From positions 1 to 46,620 of the forward strand of contig JAZQKM010000091.1 in the NCBI GenBank assembly GCA_045542155.1: a stretch of DNA of 46,620 nucleotides. Direction: 5' to 3'. Shown one piece after another: positions 18,062-25,300 of the stretch (its first letter is position 1; each line of letters opens with the position of its first letter). Under the pieces are notes generated by a model that ran no database searches, was not told the origin of the DNA, and was given only the letters and a program-made list of their open reading frames with translations. A program made the position numbers and the translations under genes. The DNA comes from Eubacteriales bacterium. Its GTDB lineage: Bacteria > Bacillota > Clostridia > Oscillospirales > CAG-272.

Positions 18062-19201
18062 TTAGATACTATTGAAATATGCTTCAAAAAATTCGCGAAA
18101 CTCGGGAGGGATTTCCCCATTTTCTTCAAATATGCTCATTGCATATTCGTAGTAGTATTCGAGGTAATCTCTATAATAGGTGCTTCCGTCGATAAACTGG
18201 TTAGAGTCTTCCCATTTACCGCCTGCACCCTGTCCTTTACCGTCGCCCTTGCCTTCGCCTTCCTCTTCATTGCCGGCACCTTGTCCGCCCTCGGCATCTC
18301 CTTTGGAACCGGAAGCATCGCCATCGCTGCCTTCGGCTCCATTTTGGTCACCCTCGGCATTTGCGCTGCTACCTTGAGGAAGATCATCTGCCTTGTCCCC
18401 TTCGGAGGATTGAGAACCGTTGTTGCCGCCTTCGGTATCTTCTCCTGCTTCACCGTCGCCTTCCTCTATTTGTACAAAAATAGCAACAAGATAGAGCTCG
18501 GTAGTAACGTTGGTTTCTTGTCTTTCGAGATCCGCATATCCATCATCCCAACCTTCAAAAACCCAACCGTCCTCCGCTACTGCGACAACAGGAGTTGTTG
18601 AGCCGCCGGGCTCTACAAGCTGATCGGATTCTCCCTCGATCCATCCGCCCTCCTCTACCATATAGGTAACGGGAATATAATTTGCATAAGGGTCTTCTTC
18701 AACGATCTCGTCAAAATCCGGAATAACGTTGCTATCGGCAAGACCGGTAACGGTTGTCATAGACACACCGAGAATAAACGAGATTGCCGCAAGACAAATG
18801 ATAATTTTGGGGACGCGTAGCTTTATTTTTCTGTCCGCAACAAGCGCAATGCTTGCTTTCGCGTTTTCGCGCTGAGCCGTGGCTATGTAGGAATCATCTC
18901 CCTCAAGCTCGAGCATCGTTATCATACGCTCCTCAAGACCGAGTCTATCGACTCGCTTTGCGGTCTCGGCAACGGAAGGCTTGTATTTCAGGAAGAAGAA
19001 CAGCACACCGCCAATAAGCCATGCACCCCCTCCTATTCCTATAGCAAACCATATTCCGCCAAAATCGAATATCCACGCCGCAAGTGCTGCTAAAAAGTTT
19101 GCCGCACAGCCGATTGCCAATCCTACAAGAGCAGATTTAATGACAGCTTCGAGGAGCAATCGTGAATAATGCTTTTTGAACATTTGTTTTGCATTGTTCA
19201 T
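18062..19201 (-). CDS. Polytopic membrane protein with a degenerate Listeria-Bacteroides repeat and a Gly/Glu/Asp-rich low-complexity segment; first gene of the MoxR operon
   Basis: Several TM segments (LVGLAIGCAANFLAALAAWIF, IWFAIGIGGGAWLIGGVLFFF, IIICLAAISFILGVSM), then GWVFEGWDDGY...LYLVAIF, then EGDGEAGEDTEGGNNGSQSSEGD.... ATG 19201 is chosen over the TTG at 19231. Confidence 0.7.
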   Translation of the reverse strand: MNNAKQMFKKHYSRLLLEAVIKSALVGLAIGCAANFLAALAAWIFDFGGIWFAIGIGGGAWLIGGVLFFFLKYKPSVAETAKRVDRLGLEERMITMLELEGDDSYIATAQRENAKASIALVADRKIKLRVPKIIICLAAISFILGVSMTTVTGLADSNVIPDFDEIVEEDPYANYIPVTYMVEEGGWIEGESDQLVEPGGSTTPVVAVAEDGWVFEGWDDGYADLERQETNVTTELYLVAIFVQIEEGDGEAGEDTEGGNNGSQSSEGDKADDLPQGSSANAEGDQNGAEGSDGDASGSKGDAEGGQGAGNEEEGEGKGDGKGQGAGGKWEDSNQFIDGSTYYRDYLEYYYEYAMSIFEENGEIPPEFREFFEAYFNSI

Positions 19202-19287
19202 AAATATATTTCCTTTCTTTCTATATTCCAATTAGATTGAACGGAAAACACCTGCTTTCCACCCAATGTAATTAGAATATCCCTTAC

Positions 19288-19312
19288 GCCGAGGGGCATA
19301 TAGCCCCTCGGC
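19288..19312 (-). terminator. Strong hairpin after the giant LRR gene (terminator or RNA-stabilising/processing stem; no clear U-tract)
   Basis: Perfect 10-bp stem GCCGAGGGGC / GCCCCTCGGC with loop ATATA, about 80 nt downstream of the stop at 19391. Confidence 0.4.
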
Positions 19313-19390
19313 AGACTCGTTCTGTCAACGATGTCTTTTTAAGAGTATTCTACAGATTTACATCTGTTTACTTTTTGAGGTTTATTCCAA

Positions 19391-22300
19391 TCAATCCTTG
19401 GTTACGGTAATGGTAAGCTCGGTATTATCGTTATAAGAATAGAAAACGATATAATAGGTAACTCCTGCTTCAAGGGAGACACCGGTTTTGATGTTATCAA
19501 CATAATCCTCGCCATTCCATTCACTGTAATTATACCAATTGTAATATCCTTCGGGATCATCGTAACCACACATATACGTATCTCCACCAATCAAACTGAA
19601 GGTGTAGTTTCCGCTTTCGGTTACTGTGATCTTATAGTATGCTTCTTCCCATCTTTCAGCAAGGAAGTAAGTCTTGGTTTCGCCAAGTTGAAGCTCGATA
19701 GCATACTCAAAGCTTGTTCCTGCAAATTGTGCATTGAACTCCTCTTGAGTCATCCACTTAGCATAGATGGTGGTTACGGTTCCGTTGTAGTAAGGACCGG
19801 TAAGAGCTTCGCCCTCACACGCCTCGTTGTCATACCAACCGTTGAAGATATAGTTTTCACGGGTGGGTGCTGCGGGAAGAGTGATGGGTTCGGCACTTGT
19901 GATGCTTTCAACCGCGCTACCGCCCATCGTGTTAAAGGTATAGGTGATCTCCTCACCGGTGAAGCCCCAAAGAACCATATGGTTGTCATAATAATCGTAC
20001 TCATTCCAATCAGCTGCCCATCCTTCAGGTGCGGAAGCAACAGGAACGAGGAAGGTGATCATGCCCTCGACGTAGTAGAACGCGCCGGAGCCGATGGTCT
20101 CAAGAGACTCGGGAAGAGCGATGCTACCCTGAAGAGCAGAGCCGTAGAATGCGCTTTCTCCAATCTTCTTAACGGTAGTGGGAAGAGTAAGAGATTCCAG
20201 ATCACTGTAGTAGAATGCATCTTCATCAATCACCTCAAGACCCTCGTTCAGGGTGACGGTCTTAACGGTGGAGCCGTAGAATGCCTGACTCATAACAACC
20301 TTAACGGTAGATGCAAAGGTAACGTGCTCTACGCCCTCGCCAAACGCGCCTGCGTAAATGTGCGTGATGCCCTCGGGAATGGTAACGTTGGTCTCGGAAC
20401 CGGTGTAGGACAGGAGGTATATATCTCCGTTTTCAAGTGTGATAGTGGTAAAGCCGTTGTTGGATGCAACACTGCTTTCACCCTCGGAGTAAACGCGGAT
20501 AGCGTATGCTGCCAAATAACCGCACTTGGTGCTGCCCGGCTCAAGCTCGATTTGAGACTTATTGCATACCTCGATCAAGGAGGAGCAGTAATAGAATGCA
20601 CCACTGTACTGTTCGCCATAGTACAGCTCGGTAACGAATACACTCTCGGTCATATCTGAAGGAATGGTAACCGTGGTAAGAGCAGAGCAACCGTAGAATG
20701 CCTCTACACCAATAGAGGTGATCATTTCGGTGAACTCAATGCTTCTAAGGTTGGTGCACTCTGCAAATGCTTCTGTACCAATGGTAAGAGGCATCGTGCG
20801 TCCGCCCTCAAATACGAGAGTTTCAAGGCTGCTGAGCTTATAGAAGAGTCTTTCACCAATGGAAGTAACCGTGTTGGGAACTACGAAATTGGTAATTACC
20901 ATTTGTGCGGGGATCATAACGATACCCGTGCCGTCAGCGGTATAGAGGATACCGTCGACTGCCTTGTAAGTGGTGTTTCTGGGGTCTACATTGAAGGCTG
21001 CGAGACCCGCTTTTTCAAATGCGTTAACTGCAATAACGGAAACGCTTGCAGGAATGGTGATTTCCGTAAGGCTTTCACAACCGTAGAAGAGGTAATCATT
21101 CAGCTCGGTCGTCTTACTTCTGAGATCCACCTCTGTAAGTGCACGGCATTGCCAGAACGCACCCGTGCCAATGTTGGTAACCGTTTCGGGAATTACGATG
21201 CTCTCAAGAGAATTACAATATCTGAATGCATACATACCGATCGTGCTGACGGATGTGGGCAACTCGATGCTCTTAAGGCTGCTGCTCTCAAAGGTGTAAG
21301 CACCAATTTCGGCACATTGGCTTCCATTTTCAAAGTATACGCTCTCAAGAGTAGTAACCTCATAGAATGCGGAAGGCATCTTATAGCTCGGATTGGTTTC
21401 TGTTCCCTCAATTACAGTAACGGATGCGGGAACGGTAAAGGTCTTCAGTGCAGTATATGCAAACGTACCTGCGGGAATTGACTCGAGCTGGGAGTTTGGA
21501 GCAAAGGTTACAGACTCCAAGGAAGAGCAGGTGTATTCATCGTAAGCGTAGTAGTAGAATACGCTTGCCCCAAGCGTCTTAAGGCTTGCGGGGAAGCTTA
21601 CGGAAAGAAGCTCGTCACTTCCTGCAAACGCATAGTCGCCAATGCTGATAAGGCCTTCTTGGAAGGTGATGCTGAGCAACGCTTTGCAGTCAAAGAATGC
21701 AAAGTTGCCGATTTTAACAACACCTGCGGGAATTGCAAGCTCGATAACAGGAGTTTGGGAGAACGCATAATCACCGATCTCAACAAGCGCACTGTTTTCC
21801 GCAAAGGTAATGGATTCCAACCCTGTCAAATAGAAGGTGTTGTTGCCAATGCTGTAAAGTCTTGCGGGAAGAGCAATCGACTTGAGCGAGGAAGTATTGG
21901 CGAATGCGTTATCACCGATGATCAAAAGGTCATCGCTACCCTGTGTGAAGGTAACGGTATCAAGAGCACTGCAGTAATAGAACGCTCTCGTGTCAATCTT
22001 TTGAACGGTAGAAGGAATGTTGACTTCTTTCAGTCCGTAGCAGAACTCAAAGGCGTTGCTTTGAATTTCTACAAGGCCTTCGGGAAGAACGACCTTTGTA
22101 ATGTAGGTGTTGTTGGCAAACGCAGTGGTGTAAATAACCTTTACATTTGCATCAACAATAAGCTCTTCATTGGTCTTTGCCAAAGGATAAACGATGAGCG
22201 CAGACTTATCTGCATTATAAAGAACACCGTCTATAGAAGAGAAATAAACGCCTTGGCCGTTAGCACCTACGTTGATTGCTGCAAGCTTCGAGCAATTCGA

Positions 22301-25300
22301 AATGATGGTTGCGTGGAAGCTTTGGAGCTTTTCGGAAAGCGTAAGGCTTTCAAGTTCGGTACAACGGGCAAATGCCTGGCCGCCCAGAGATACGACATTG
22401 TTAGAAAGAACGACGTTAGTGAGGCCTGTGCAACGTGCAAATGCATACTCACCAATATACATATCATCGCTGCCGCCCTCGAAGACGAGATTGGTAAGAT
22501 CGCTTGCTTCGTAGAATGCGTAGCTGTGGATCTTGGTTACAGTCGAGGGAACGGTAAATTCACCTGCGCGAGCCATTGGGTAGAATACCAGCTCCTTCTT
22601 ATCGGCTGTCATCAGAACGCCATCAACGGAGGTGTAGTAAGCTCCGTTCGCATCCTCAACAGTAACAGAAGCAAGAAGATCGCAGGACTCGAATACGCGA
22701 GCTCCGTTTGCAAGAGGAGTGATCACATCACCGGTATAAGAGGTGTAGGTGGCCAATCTCGCGGGAAGAACAACGGATTCAAGCAATGCCGCATTGTAGA
22801 ATGCATTTGCACCGATGGTGAGAGGAAGATCTCCGCCCATCTCAAAGGTGATAGAGGTAAGCGTGTCATACAAGCCGTAGAACGCATTTGCACCGATACC
22901 GAGTCTGTCATAGGTCTCGCCGCTGATGGGGTCGGTGTATGCAGGCAGGTTGTGTACGCTCTTGGGAATTACGAAGGATGCCAGGTTGGAGTTGTAGAAG
23001 CACTCCTCACCAATGGTGGTAAGGCGAGGATTGTCGCCGGAAATAGTAATGCTCAGCTCGTCTGCGTAATAACCCGCATATTTGAAGGTTGCATTACCAA
23101 GAACGGTAAGACGGGAAGGAAGTTCTACGGTTTTGAGCTCTTCGCAGTAGTAGAATGTGTTACCGCGATAAATGTCGGTTTCATACATTCCCATGCTTTC
23201 ATTGTAGTAAGTGTCTGCAAAGGTGGTGCCTATAACGAGATCCGCGGTGCCATCCTCGATAACAACACTTTCAAGCTTGGTGTAAGCAAATGCATAAGCA
23301 CCAATGGTTTGAACGGTTGCAGGAATGGTAATTTCGGTAAAGTCGTAGGAAGCATCCCAGCTGGAGCCGTAAGCAAATGCAAAAGCACCAATGGTTTCAA
23401 GAACAGAATCGGCTTCAAACGTAACCTTACCCAGACTCAGGCAATCCATAAACGCATAATTACCAATGGTCTTTACGGATGCGGGAATAATGAGATCTTC
23501 AACAAAAATGTTTTCTCTGAACGCGCTATCCCCAATGGTCTCCAATTGAGAATTCTCAACTGTGAGCGTTACGTTCGGGTAAGCTTCGATACCTTCCCAC
23601 CAATCCTCGTAACCGCCGAAGCAGTAAGCGCCAATGGTCTTTACAGATGCGGGAACAGTAAGATCAAGATCTGCGCCCCAGAATGCATACTCGCCAAGAG
23701 AAACGATTCCCTCGTTGAGTGTGATGGAGTCTGCTACAGTTTCATAAAATGCGTAATCGCCAATGGATACGGTGTGTGCGGGAAGTGCGAGTGTACCGAT
23801 GTCTGCACCTCTGAACGCGTTTGCGCCGATGGTGAGCGTGCCGGTAGCATCGCCCTCAAATGTGAAAGTATCAATCTTTGCAGAGTTAAACGCATCGTCA
23901 CCGATAAAGGTAACTGTATTGCTGATGGTAAGCGTGCCAAGATTTACATTTTGGAATACACCGTTGGTAATGGAGGTGATAGTTGCGGGAAGCTCAAAAT
24001 CACCGCTCTTGCCCTGCGGGAAGAATACGATCTCGGTCATAGCCTTATCGTATACTACGCCTTCAACAGAGGTGAGGTATTGAGAATTCTCATCAACATT
24101 CACTGCCTCAAGAGAGGAGCATCCGGTGAATACGCCGGGAATCTTGGAAACGTTTGCGGGGAGATTTACGGTCTTAAGACCCGTGCAATTCATAAAGGCA
24201 TTCTCACCAAAGGAAAGCGTTCTTTGGCTTGCTACAAAGTTTACTGTTTGCAGTGCGGTGCAGTTTGCAAATGCAGAAGCACCAACAGAGGACATCGTTG
24301 CGGCAAATGTGAATTCCTTCAGGCTTTCACATCCCTGGAATGCGCTCTCGCCGAGCTTGCCCAAACGGCTGCCTTCATTAAAGGTTACGGTTTCAAGCAC
24401 CTTACAATTCATAAAGGCGTATTTATCTACCTCAAGATCGTTGAGTGCAACACCGTTAAAGGTAATGGCTTCAAGATTTTCCAGTCCGTAGAATGCACAT
24501 TCACTGATCAGAACAAGAGAACCGGGAAGCGTTACCTCGGTAACGAAATGGCAACCAATAAATGCACCCGCTCCAATGTTCTTCGTGCCCTCGGGAACAA
24601 CGAACGTACCCTGAACAGACGCAGGAACGAAGAGAAGGTTTTGGCCATTCTTAGAGTAAAGGATACTATCGATAGCCATATAATTTTGGCTGTTGGAAGC
24701 TACGGCAATCGATGCAAGTGCGGTACAACCGGTAAATGCACTGTCACCCTCAGTGGTGTTGATGCCGTTCTTATCAAAGGAGTATCTTTGAAGCTTGATA
24801 TCGGTAAGTCTTGCGGGAAGAGTGATCTTTTCAAGACTCGTGCAGTTCATAAACGCTCTAATACCGATGGTGAGCGGAACAGAGGTGCCGTCACTGTTTA
24901 CCTCAAATACAACAGAGGTGAGGCTTGCACTGTCCTTAAATGCTTCTCTGCCAATGGTCGTTACCTCGGGAGTAATGATGACCTTGGAGATAGAGGAGCT
25001 TGCAAATGCTGCCTCGGGAATTTCGGTAACGCCCTCGGGAATGCGGAACGTTCCGGTCTTTGCCATAGGTACAAGGGCTATCTTGGTGGTGCTGGGGGTG
25101 CCAATGTCAAGAAGTACGCCCTCTACAGATGTAAATGCAGGGCTTGCAACGCCTTCAACATCATATACATTGATTGCGACAAGAGAAGAGCATCCCTCGA
25201 AAGGAGAGATCATAGAAATCTGCTCAATGGTTTCGGGAAGATTGATAACCTCGAGGTTAGAGCAGTTTGTAAAGGCGTTACCTGCAATAAATGCAACAGG

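Noticed and set aside
19232-19390. A promoter for the MoxR operon in the gap after the giant LRR gene.
   Set aside because: I could not find a convincing -35/-10 pair by eye. Only the strong hairpin (19288-19312) is well supported, so no promoter feature is reported here.
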